Positions 19,016-27,745 of a stretch of 64,000 bases of DNA are shown here, piece after piece; the first letter of the stretch is position 1, and every line of letters begins with the position of its first letter. This stretch comes from Clostridiales bacterium (GTDB lineage: Bacteria > Bacillota > Clostridia > Oscillospirales > Oscillospiraceae): NCBI GenBank assembly GCA_021205695.1, contig JAJPXB010000029.1, positions 5,582 to 69,581 on the forward strand. The letters are read 5' to 3'. Below the pieces are notes generated by a model. The model saw nothing but the letters and a program-made list of their open reading frames with translations. It did not search any database and was not told the DNA's origin. The translations under genes and the position numbers were made by a program.

Positions 19016-20737
19016 ATGAAAGGCTACGAAAAGTACATTCCCTTCGTCCCCCAGCCCATCGAAAATCGCACCTGGCCGGACAACACCATCACCAAAGCGC
19101 CCATCTGGTGCTCGGTGGATCTGCGCGACGGCAACCAGGCCCTCATCGACCCCATGAATATGGACGAGAAGCTGGAGATGTTCCATATGCTGGTGGACGA
19201 GATCGGCGTGAAAGAGGTGGAGATCGGCTTCCCCTCCGCCTCCGACACCGACTACGACATCTGCCGGGAGCTGATCGAGGGGGGCCACATCCCCGACGAC
19301 GTGACCATACAGGTCCTGGTACAGGCCCGGCCCCACCTCATCAAAAAGACCTTTGAGGCCATTCAGGGGGCGAAGCACGTCATTTTCCACTTCTACAACT
19401 CCACCTCCACCCTCCAGCGCGAGGTGGTGTTCCGCACCGACGTGGCGGGGGTGAAGCAGATCGCCACCGACGCTGCCGATTTGATTTACGAAATGGCCCA
19501 GCCCGTCATCGCCTCCGGCATGGATCTGCGGTACGAGTACTCCCCGGAGTCCTTCATGGGCACAGAGATGGATGCGGCAGTGGAGATCTGCGCCGCCGTG
19601 CTGGATCACCTCCACGCCGACGCCGACCATAAGGTGATCCTGAACCTGCCCACCACGGTGGAAAACTGTATGCCCAACCAGTTTGCCGACGAGCTGGAAT
19701 ACTTCATCCGCAACCTCCCCGGGCGGGAGCGGGCGATCATCTCCCTGCACCCCCACAACGACCGGGGCTGCGGCGTGGCCACCACCGAGGCCGGACTGCT
19801 GGCCGGGGCCGAGCGGGTGGAGGCCTGTCTCTTTGGCAACGGCGAGCGCACGGGCAACGTGGACATGATCACCGTGGCCATGAATATGTATGTCCAGGGG
19901 GTCGACCCGGAGCTGGAGCTGGGTCAGATGGAGCGCATCATCGAGATGTATGAGCGCTGCACCAGGATGAAGGTGCCTGAGCGGCAGCCCTACGCCGGCG
20001 ATCTGGTGTTCACCGCCTTTTCCGGCAGCCACCAGGACGCCATCAACAAGGGCTTCAACTATATGGCGGAGACGGGGACGGACAAGTGGATGGTGCCCTA
20101 TCTCCCCATCGACCCGGAGGATCTGGGGCGCTCCTACGAGCCGGTGCGCATCAACTCCCAGTCCGGCAAGGGCGGCGCGGCCTTTATCATGAACCACAAG
20201 TTCGGCTTCGATATGCCCAAGGCCATGCACCCGGAGTTCGGCGCCATCGTTCAGCGGGAGTCCGACCGGGAGGGCGTGGAACTGAAGCCGGAGGTCATCT
20301 ACCGCCTGTTCGAGGACGAGTATCTCAAGGTCAACGGCCCCTATCGCCTCATCAGCAACCGCCTGGGGGCGGACGTGCAGGACGGGGTGGCCCACTCCCA
20401 CTTCTACGGCAAGCTCCAGCACAAGGACACCATCTTTGAAGTCACCGGCGAGGGCAACGGCCCCATCGACGCCTTCTTCAACGCCATCCACGGGGAGCGG
20501 ATGGACCGCTACCAGTTCATCGACTACAAGGAGCACGCCATCAGCCAGGGCTCCGACTCTATGGCCGTGGCCTATATCCAGCTGCGCACCAAGGACGGAC
20601 ACGACGTGTTCGGGGTGGGCCTGGACCACAACATCTCCATGGCATCCATCAAGGGCATCCTCTGCGCCATCAACCGGGGCAAGCGGCTGGAAAAGCAGAT
20701 CGAGATCGCCCAGCAGCAACAGCAACAGCAGCAGTAA
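19016..20737 (+). CDS. leuA: 2-isopropylmalate synthase (long form)
   Basis: 573 aa. Motifs DLRDGNQA and HPHNDRGCG are present, plus a C-terminal regulatory domain. The protein ends in eight Gln residues. Confidence 0.95.
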   Translation: MKGYEKYIPFVPQPIENRTWPDNTITKAPIWCSVDLRDGNQALIDPMNMDEKLEMFHMLVDEIGVKEVEIGFPSASDTDYDICRELIEGGHIPDDVTIQVLVQARPHLIKKTFEAIQGAKHVIFHFYNSTSTLQREVVFRTDVAGVKQIATDAADLIYEMAQPVIASGMDLRYEYSPESFMGTEMDAAVEICAAVLDHLHADADHKVILNLPTTVENCMPNQFADELEYFIRNLPGRERAIISLHPHNDRGCGVATTEAGLLAGAERVEACLFGNGERTGNVDMITVAMNMYVQGVDPELELGQMERIIEMYERCTRMKVPERQPYAGDLVFTAFSGSHQDAINKGFNYMAETGTDKWMVPYLPIDPEDLGRSYEPVRINSQSGKGGAAFIMNHKFGFDMPKAMHPEFGAIVQRESDREGVELKPEVIYRLFEDEYLKVNGPYRLISNRLGADVQDGVAHSHFYGKLQHKDTIFEVTGEGNGPIDAFFNAIHGERMDRYQFIDYKEHAISQGSDSMAVAYIQLRTKDGHDVFGVGLDHNISMASIKGILCAINRGKRLEKQIEIAQQQQQQQQ

Positions 20738-20760
20738 GGCACATCTGTCTGAAACGGCAG

Positions 20761-20788
20761 CCGCCGCAGAGCAAACGCTCTGCGGCGG
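20761..20788 (+). terminator. Hairpin terminator after leuA
   Basis: 12-bp stem CCGCCGCAGAGC/GCTCTGCGGCGG with loop AAAC, 24 nt after the stop. Only TT follows it. Confidence 0.5.
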
Positions 20789-20915
20789 TTCCGCATAATA
20801 TAATCAGGCAAAAATAGAGTACATCAATAACAGAGAACAGAATTTTGGGCTAGCTACGGGCATAATAACATATGACCGTTTCTGTTTCATATAAAGCGGA
20901 AAAACAATTTTTGTT

Positions 20916-21182
20916 GTGGCTCTGGTTTTATATTTTTTCATCTACTCCATGTTGTCTCCTGTTTTACAGGGCGTTCTGTTCATCGTCATGTGTGCAGGAA
21001 GCATTGTCGCCAGCATCGCCATTCTTCGCTATCTTGACCGCCTCAGCCTAGAGAGGCGAGACGCAGCGTTGAGAAGGGATTTGGTCAAACTTGCAGGTGC
21101 GGATGGAGAAAAGATATTCCGTGAAATTAAACGGAAAGAGGCAGAAGAGAAGGGCATGCGCAAGAAAACAAAAGAGAAATGA
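20916..21182 (+). CDS. Small hypothetical membrane protein (first ORF of the low-GC island)
   Basis: 88 aa with a GTG start (an ATG 11 codons in is an alternative). Two hydrophobic helices are followed by a Lys/Glu/Arg-rich tail. It is co-oriented with and 41 nt upstream of the next gene. Confidence 0.45.
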   Translation: MALVLYFFIYSMLSPVLQGVLFIVMCAGSIVASIAILRYLDRLSLERRDAALRRDLVKLAGADGEKIFREIKRKEAEEKGMRKKTKEK

Positions 21183-21223
21183 AATCATTCAACCAGGCTA
21201 TCTATCTATGAGGAGGAAGAAAA

Positions 21224-23446
21224 ATGTATTGTCCTAAATGTGGTCATCAGATTCCTGACGGCAGCCGGTTCTGCCCTGTTTGTGGATGTGATCTCTCTGC
21301 GTACCAGTCTAATGTGCGCCGGCCCAATGACAAACCGGTCCCGCCTAAGCATACCCATAACCCGCTTCCTGTCAGGCAGATCGGCATAGCGGTGGCGGCA
21401 GTGGCAGCGGTGGCAGTTATTGTCGCTGTTGTTTTCGGGGTGCGGGCGCTTTTTTCCGTGATCGGAAATAGCAGCAACGCCTATGTGTACCTGTCAGACG
21501 GAGACTACGAGCTGATTACCGATCTGAGCAAAGGAGATATTATTGAGATCGCTTCCAGCAGGTCTGAATATACATATTCGAGCCTGTTGTCATTCAGCCC
21601 GGACGGAAAATATGTATACTACTACACGAAGTATGACTCTTCGAACAGGACCGGAACGCTGTGCAGAGCCGAGTACGGGAAACTGAAATCGGACTCCAGC
21701 AAGAATGATGACTATATCGTGACCATTGCGTCGAATGTGGCTCTTGGGTTCCAGTGCATCGATGACGAAACCGTGATTTACAAAAATGGCGACGATACGC
21801 TGTATTATTACGATGGCAGCGACGTGACACAGCTGGCGAAATCGGTCAACGAGTTTTATACGGAAGGTACAGAACGCGTCGTGTATACGACCGGGACTTA
21901 TGACGAAGGATACACGTTATATGGCGTGGATGTTACCGATCCGGACAGTAAGGTGAAGCTGGCATCCAACTATGCGGGCCTTTACATCGCAGAGGACTTT
22001 GACAATATTTATTATACAAAAACGGATAGCGACTACAACGCAATGCTGTATGTGGTCGGCTTTGACAAGGACTCTGAGCAGATTGGGAAGAATGTCAACA
22101 TACTGGAACTCGACGACGGGACAGTATATTTCACAGCCGAAAGCGGAGAGACGCTTTCCCTCTACGATTACGTTGATGATACATATGCGTCCCATGACGA
22201 AGGCGTTACAGAACCGGATAAGGATGATTACCTGATTCCTACCTATTCTTATAACCAACTTTCCGTTTCAGATAATGAGGACGACTATGATGAAATCTAC
22301 ACGTCCTGCAGCAAAACAGTGTATTTTTTCCATACGGCAATAAAAAACAAGACTTCTTCCAGCTATACTCTCGCGCAGGAGTTTACTGAAAAGTATCTGG
22401 ACAGTGAAAATTCTGATGGGTATTTTGTTGTCACAGAAACAATCAAGAAAGAACTTCAGGAAATGTGTGATGAATACGGTCAGGGTTATGATAATGAGTG
22501 GCTTGAATTTTGTTTTTCCAAGGAAGAGGATGGAACGGAGGTTGACGAGGATGCTTATTACGCTGCATACAGTGCATACGAAGAGGCGGCAGACCGGATT
22601 TACATCCGGGAAACGCTCCAGAACAGCGAAAACGATTATGCGCTTAAAACGCTCTACTGTTATGCAGACGGCAAACTGACTGCTGTCGCTGAAAATGTGC
22701 TCTCGACAAAGTACTGCAATGGCGCCGTTTTGTACAACACAGCAGATATGGTCACGGAAACAGTCAGCATGACAAGCGTTTACTCAATAAGCGATGTGAC
22801 GGCCCTGTTCGCTATTGATTACTCGGCGGAGAACTATCTGCTGTGTTATGGAACCACAACACCGGCTCAGGTGTCGGCAAGTGCCGCAGAGGACATGGAT
22901 GACGCCTATTATGATTCCGGATATATCTCTCTGCTTGTGATTGGCTCGGGTGTATATATGACCAGCGATGAAGACATTTATTTTGCTGAAATCAGCAACA
23001 ACACGTTGGGCGAGTTTACTTTCGTCAGCGATGACGCATATGTGCTGATGTATGACGATTCCGGAATTTATTATGAGTGCGGCGGCTATTCGAGCAACTC
23101 TGGATATTACATCGATCTCTATAAATGCGTTGGCGGGGAAGACGAACTGGTGGCCCGGGACATTCTTGAGAATGAAATTTGTATTTACGAGGATGAGACC
23201 GTTTTGGCCTATACCGACTACACCAGCTATGGTTATGAGCTGACCATATTTGATGCAAAAGGCGAGAAGGCGATTATAGCGGACGATGTGAGTTTTTACC
23301 TTCGCTGTGCAGATGGCACCGTCCTGTATATAAGCGATGGGGATCTGTATTCCTATGATGACGGAGAGCGAACGCTGGTTGGCCGTGATGCTGATTGGTG
23401 CTGGGTGCTGAACACCATGGAGCCCAGCGTTACTTACAGCTACTAA
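21224..23446 (+). CDS. Zinc-ribbon/TM-anchored protein with large Tyr/Asp-rich propeller-like ectodomain
   Basis: 740 aa with an AGGAGG RBS. The N-terminus has one ribbon, MYCPKCGHQIPDGSRFCPVCG. A TM helix lies at about aa 53-77. Repeats of the SPDGKYVYYY / LYYYDG / IYYTKTD type follow. Confidence 0.85.
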   Translation: MYCPKCGHQIPDGSRFCPVCGCDLSAYQSNVRRPNDKPVPPKHTHNPLPVRQIGIAVAAVAAVAVIVAVVFGVRALFSVIGNSSNAYVYLSDGDYELITDLSKGDIIEIASSRSEYTYSSLLSFSPDGKYVYYYTKYDSSNRTGTLCRAEYGKLKSDSSKNDDYIVTIASNVALGFQCIDDETVIYKNGDDTLYYYDGSDVTQLAKSVNEFYTEGTERVVYTTGTYDEGYTLYGVDVTDPDSKVKLASNYAGLYIAEDFDNIYYTKTDSDYNAMLYVVGFDKDSEQIGKNVNILELDDGTVYFTAESGETLSLYDYVDDTYASHDEGVTEPDKDDYLIPTYSYNQLSVSDNEDDYDEIYTSCSKTVYFFHTAIKNKTSSSYTLAQEFTEKYLDSENSDGYFVVTETIKKELQEMCDEYGQGYDNEWLEFCFSKEEDGTEVDEDAYYAAYSAYEEAADRIYIRETLQNSENDYALKTLYCYADGKLTAVAENVLSTKYCNGAVLYNTADMVTETVSMTSVYSISDVTALFAIDYSAENYLLCYGTTTPAQVSASAAEDMDDAYYDSGYISLLVIGSGVYMTSDEDIYFAEISNNTLGEFTFVSDDAYVLMYDDSGIYYECGGYSSNSGYYIDLYKCVGGEDELVARDILENEICIYEDETVLAYTDYTSYGYELTIFDAKGEKAIIADDVSFYLRCADGTVLYISDGDLYSYDDGERTLVGRDADWCWVLNTMEPSVTYSY

Positions 23447-23543
23447 AGACCATTCCCCCAAAAAAGACGCCCAAAAGCAAGGCTCCCGAAAGCAGGCAAG
23501 GGCGAGATTAGAGGAACACTATAGAGCCCTTTTATCGGGGGCA

Positions 23544-23781
23544 GGAGGAAGCATATGAAGTGCCCCAACTGTGGAACAGAGAATCCGAAGACCGCTCAAT
23601 TTTGCAGGAAATGCGGATTCAATCTTGAGGGCAGGGTCTGCCCCAAATGCGGAACGCTTGTGCCAAAGGGCGCTCAATACTGTGGGGTGTGTGGAAGAAA
23701 ACTGAAGAAATCGTCGGGGAGAGGTCATAGGATCTGGAAAGTCGCCCTGGTTACTGTATTGTGCCTGGTGCTTGTGGTGGG
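23544..23781 (+). repeat. Copy 1 of duplicated RBS + double-ribbon + TM module
   Basis: Hand alignment to 27508-27745 gives 238 nt with no indels and 16 mismatches (~93% identity). The shared stretch starts at GGAGGAAGCATATG. Confidence 0.9.
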
Positions 23782-26700
23782 TGGCTTCAGCGTAGCGTGG
23801 AAATTCGTCTGGAGCGATGATGCACAGCTTGTGCAGGCTGCCGAAAATTATGCGGAGGTGAACGAGGCGCTGCTCGCCGTCACCACTGCGGACGGCTACG
23901 ACGACCTGACCACGGCGGAAAAGGCGGGGCAGGTACTCGCCGCCCTGGACGACCTGGCGGACGAGGGCAAGGTGCTGGCCGACTCCGTGGGGTACGACGA
24001 GGCCTACCCGCTCGTCTATTATTCCTATGCGGACGGCGCCTATGGCGGCGTGATGCTGGAGGAATTTGCGGAGGGAACCAGCGGCGTGGGCGAAAGCACC
24101 TACAATACCTCCATAAGCTACGTCGAAGGCGGCACAGCGGACATTGACCCCTGGCCGTCTGTTCCGACCTTTGCGATGGAGGGCTCTCCCTATGCGGACG
24201 ACCTCTCAGCGCTGATTGTATGTGATTTGGGGGAAGGATTCGATGACTATCTGGGGTTGATGCAATCGTTGCAATCCAGTTGGAATGAAGCATATCTGGA
24301 AACGACCCTGGTGGAGGAGGGAACCGTTGCCTTTTATCGGACTGGGCTTTCCGGCTACGATCTGGTGGTGATACAGGAGCACGGCATCATTTATAACAAT
24401 AATCCGGCTGTTGTACTCCAGGAAACGTCTGACACCTTACAAAAAATCCGTTACAGCATTGGCGCTACCGTCACAGAAGAGGAACGTGCGATATTGGAAG
24501 ATATTCAGAGCAATCGCACTGTGCTTTTACTGCTCGAGGACGACCAGTTTCATTTTCTTCTGCTGCCGGAATTCTTTTCCGATTATTACGCAGATGACGG
24601 GCTGGAGGACGCAATCGTTTGGATCGGCTGCTGCGATGGCTATCTCAACGACACATTGGTATCCGCCTTTGCAGACTGCGGTGCAAAGGCCGTCCTTGCC
24701 CCCACGGAAACGGTCAGCACAACGTACAATTTCCTGATGCAGGACGCTTTTGTGGATATGCTGTTGTACGGAAACACAGTGGAGGAGTCCCTTACCTTTG
24801 CCCAATCCCAATGGGGTTCGAACGACAGAGAGTTTAAGGAGGCCATCCTTGGCGTAGAGGACGATGACCCAGCGGAGGTTCGCATCTATTGCGGCGGCGA
24901 TGAAACCCTGGTCACGCTGACGGTGGAGGGGCAGGATGCGCTGAAGGGCATCTGCTCCGGCACGGTGATCGACGCAGCAGACAGCAGCGTGCCCATCGTC
25001 GGCGCGACGATAACCGTGACCGACGCAGACGGGACGGTCGCAGAGGCGACCACGGACGAGACCGGCGCATTTGAGATAAAGCTCTACTTGGGGACCTATA
25101 CCGTCCAGATCGAGATGGAGGGCTACCGGACCGTATCAGACGAGGTGACAATTGAGGCGGGCGAGGAAAACGCCATTCTGATCAGCCTGTCTGCGCTGCT
25201 CTCAGACGAGAGCGCCAGGGCAGCCTATCAGCAGTTCCTGGACAACGGGGAATACGCAGATAGAGTCGGCGAGGTGAGCGGCATTCAATATGCCATCTAC
25301 GATGTGACCGGAGACGGGATCAGCGAGCTTCTGCTGCACTGCTATTCCTCAGACGTAGGTGTTGATGGGACATATTATGTCTACAGCTACAATGGCGATG
25401 TATTTTTCATCGGAAGCTGTGAAAACGTTTACTGGGAGGGAGCGTATTATTCTGCCGAAAAAAATAACCTGGTCATCGTTGCAAACGGCGATTCTGACTG
25501 GATCTCCTATGAGTTCTATGATGTGACCGACGATGTGACCGACCAGTTGACGCTGACGTACGAAATGGGGCGCATATTTTACGAATCTGGCTCGGAGCCA
25601 GACACGGACGATGTCCTGGACGGCCACTTTTATATTGCGGACGCCGGAGTGATGTCCAGAGATGTCACAGAATCGGAATGGAACAGTCATATCAATGAAC
25701 TGACGGAGATCGTGTTTTCCGACCTGTCCGCCACGAACGATGATTTGCTTTATCAATATATCCCTGACGATGCATTGATATACAACGGGCATTCCTACTA
25801 TTATTTTGCTGATTATAGCCTGGAATGGGAAGACGCCAATGCGTATTGCGAGTCTCTTGGTGGGCATCTTGTGACGATTACTTCTGAAGAAGAGCAGAAT
25901 GCGGTTTACAATTATATCTCTGCACTGGCAGGAAATGTTGACATTTGGATTGGAATATCAGATTCTGATGAAGAAGGGAACTGGTCTACCTGGATAACCG
26001 GAGAAACAGTCACCTATACAAATTGGGGAAGCGGAGAGCCAGATGACTACTCCACAGGTCAAGATTACGGTGTAATTTGTTGCGGGACAAGGAATGGAAG
26101 TACCTATAACGTATTACCGGGTCAATGGGATGATGTGAATTCTATTAGCGATGAGGTAAACGGTAGTTTTATCTGTGAATGGGAATATTGTGCGGAGCAG
26201 AACAGCAACACCGACGATCTAACTGAAATTGAAGAGACCGACCTGTCGGACGTTGCCCATGGTACTTGCGGCGATGACCTGACATGGACCTATAGCTCCA
26301 GCGGCGTGCTGACCATTTCCGGCACAGGAGAGATGTGGGGGTGGAATCCTTCCAGGGAAACGAATTCGGCGTACACAATGACGGCGATCACCTATGAGGA
26401 GATTCCATGGTACGATTATAAAGACCAGATCACCTCAGTCGTTGTGGAGGATGGCGTCACTTCCATTGGAATCTGTGCCTTTTATGAGTGTACTAGCCTA
26501 GCCAGCATCTCCATTCCGACCAGTGTGACTATCCTTCACAGTCAGGCGTTTTTTGGCTGCACAAGTCTGGTCGAAGTGATTATTCCCGACAGTGTGACCA
26601 GTATAGACGACCAGGTATTCTACAATTGCATCAGTCTGACAAGCGTTGTGATCGGAAGCGGCGTGACAACAATCAGCTATGCCGCTTTCTATGGATGTAG

Positions 26701-27070
26701 CAGTTTGACAGATGTCTATTATGCGGGCAGCGAGTCGGAGTGGGCTTCTATTGATATCGCATCCAACAATGAATGCTTGACCGCCGCTGCAAGCGCCGAA
26801 CAGCAGCCGTTTTATGGAGTCTGGTGCGCGGCCACAAAGAAGAGCGCCGATGCGCAGAGCGTAGCCGAGCAACTGCGCGAGCAGGGCTTCGATGCGCAGG
26901 TTTGCCTGACCACCAACTGGGAGGGGCTGAACAGCGAGGCATACTATGTCGTCACAGCCGGGCGGTATGATACCGAAGCAGAGGCCAAGGCTGCTTTGGC
27001 GGAGGTGCAGGCCGTCGGCTATTCGTCTGCGTATGTGAAATATACAGGAGATTGGAGTGGGAACGGATGA
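23555..27070 (+). CDS. Double-zinc-ribbon/TM-anchored multidomain surface protein (CarboxypepD_reg-like, C-type lectin-like, BspA-type LRR, SPOR)
   Basis: 1171 aa. Ribbons are at aa 3-47 and the TM helix at aa ~59-80. GTVIDAADSS...YTVQIEMEGY spans aa ~466-545. A CTLD (WIGISD...EGNW, GEPDD, WDD, ICEWEY) spans aa ~741-878. LRRs (SIGICAFYECTSL...) span aa ~905-1070 and a SPOR-like domain spans aa ~1085-1163. Confidence 0.85.
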   Translation: MKCPNCGTENPKTAQFCRKCGFNLEGRVCPKCGTLVPKGAQYCGVCGRKLKKSSGRGHRIWKVALVTVLCLVLVVGGFSVAWKFVWSDDAQLVQAAENYAEVNEALLAVTTADGYDDLTTAEKAGQVLAALDDLADEGKVLADSVGYDEAYPLVYYSYADGAYGGVMLEEFAEGTSGVGESTYNTSISYVEGGTADIDPWPSVPTFAMEGSPYADDLSALIVCDLGEGFDDYLGLMQSLQSSWNEAYLETTLVEEGTVAFYRTGLSGYDLVVIQEHGIIYNNNPAVVLQETSDTLQKIRYSIGATVTEEERAILEDIQSNRTVLLLLEDDQFHFLLLPEFFSDYYADDGLEDAIVWIGCCDGYLNDTLVSAFADCGAKAVLAPTETVSTTYNFLMQDAFVDMLLYGNTVEESLTFAQSQWGSNDREFKEAILGVEDDDPAEVRIYCGGDETLVTLTVEGQDALKGICSGTVIDAADSSVPIVGATITVTDADGTVAEATTDETGAFEIKLYLGTYTVQIEMEGYRTVSDEVTIEAGEENAILISLSALLSDESARAAYQQFLDNGEYADRVGEVSGIQYAIYDVTGDGISELLLHCYSSDVGVDGTYYVYSYNGDVFFIGSCENVYWEGAYYSAEKNNLVIVANGDSDWISYEFYDVTDDVTDQLTLTYEMGRIFYESGSEPDTDDVLDGHFYIADAGVMSRDVTESEWNSHINELTEIVFSDLSATNDDLLYQYIPDDALIYNGHSYYYFADYSLEWEDANAYCESLGGHLVTITSEEEQNAVYNYISALAGNVDIWIGISDSDEEGNWSTWITGETVTYTNWGSGEPDDYSTGQDYGVICCGTRNGSTYNVLPGQWDDVNSISDEVNGSFICEWEYCAEQNSNTDDLTEIEETDLSDVAHGTCGDDLTWTYSSSGVLTISGTGEMWGWNPSRETNSAYTMTAITYEEIPWYDYKDQITSVVVEDGVTSIGICAFYECTSLASISIPTSVTILHSQAFFGCTSLVEVIIPDSVTSIDDQVFYNCISLTSVVIGSGVTTISYAAFYGCSSLTDVYYAGSESEWASIDIASNNECLTAAASAEQQPFYGVWCAATKKSADAQSVAEQLREQGFDAQVCLTTNWEGLNSEAYYVVTAGRYDTEAEAKAALAEVQAVGYSSAYVKYTGDWSGNG

Positions 27071-27306
27071 GTGAAAGACCAAATCAGGATGGGCGCCACA
27101 TAATGAAATGCCCAAATTGCAAAAATGAAATAAAGGACCACTGCAGGTTTTGCTATATATGTGGCTCCAGATTGTTCCGCGTTTGTACGTGGTGCGGTAC
27201 GCCGGCTGAGCCAGAAGCAATGTTTTGTAATAATTGTGGCCCCGGCTTACGGGATGATGGCAGAAACCCATGGATGTATGTTTTGAATGGTAAGGAGTTC
27301 CGATGA
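27067..27306 (+). CDS. Small soluble double-zinc-ribbon protein
   Basis: ATG 27067 overlaps the preceding stop (ATGA at 27067-27070). The two ribbons are CPNCKNEIKDHCRFCYICG and CTWCGTPAEPEAMFCNNCG. No TM helix. The track's TTG start at 27052 is an alternative. Confidence 0.65.
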   Translation: MSERPNQDGRHIMKCPNCKNEIKDHCRFCYICGSRLFRVCTWCGTPAEPEAMFCNNCGPGLRDDGRNPWMYVLNGKEFR

Positions 27307-27507
27307 CTTGCTTGCCAGCAGCCAGTTGAACTGTCTCACTGTTTTTCCACAATAGCCAGTCAGTATACGATGGGTCTGCACGCAAACGGTGCATAGATCT
27401 CGTTGCTTTTTAGCAGAGAGGGCAGGTTTGGTCAAATAGCAGAAGGCAATGGATGCGTGCAGGGAAAAGCGCGTGGACGGCTTTGTGTATATGCTTACAT
27501 GAGGGAT

Positions 27508-27745
27508 GGAGGAAGCATATGAAGTGCCCCAACTGTAGAACAGAGCAGCCGGAGACTGCGAAATTTTGCGGCAAATGCGGATTCAAGCTTGAGGGCAGGG
27601 TCTGCCCCAAATGTGGAACGCTTGCGCCGAAGGGCGCTCAATACTGTGGGGTGTGTGGAAGAAAACTGAAGAAATCGTCGGGGGGAGGTCATAGGATCTG
27701 GAAAGTCGCCCTGGCTATTGTATTGTGCCTGGTGCTTGTGGTGGG
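27508..27745 (+). repeat. Copy 2 of duplicated RBS + double-ribbon + TM module
   Basis: See 23544-23781. The offset is exactly 3964 nt. Confidence 0.9.

Noticed and set aside
20738-20915. attL-type direct repeat of the tRNA-Leu 3' end at the left island border
   Set aside because: Reading the 180 nt after leuA, I found no match to TGGTGCGGATGACGGGACTCGAACCC or its complement. Island integration at this tRNA therefore remains unproven.
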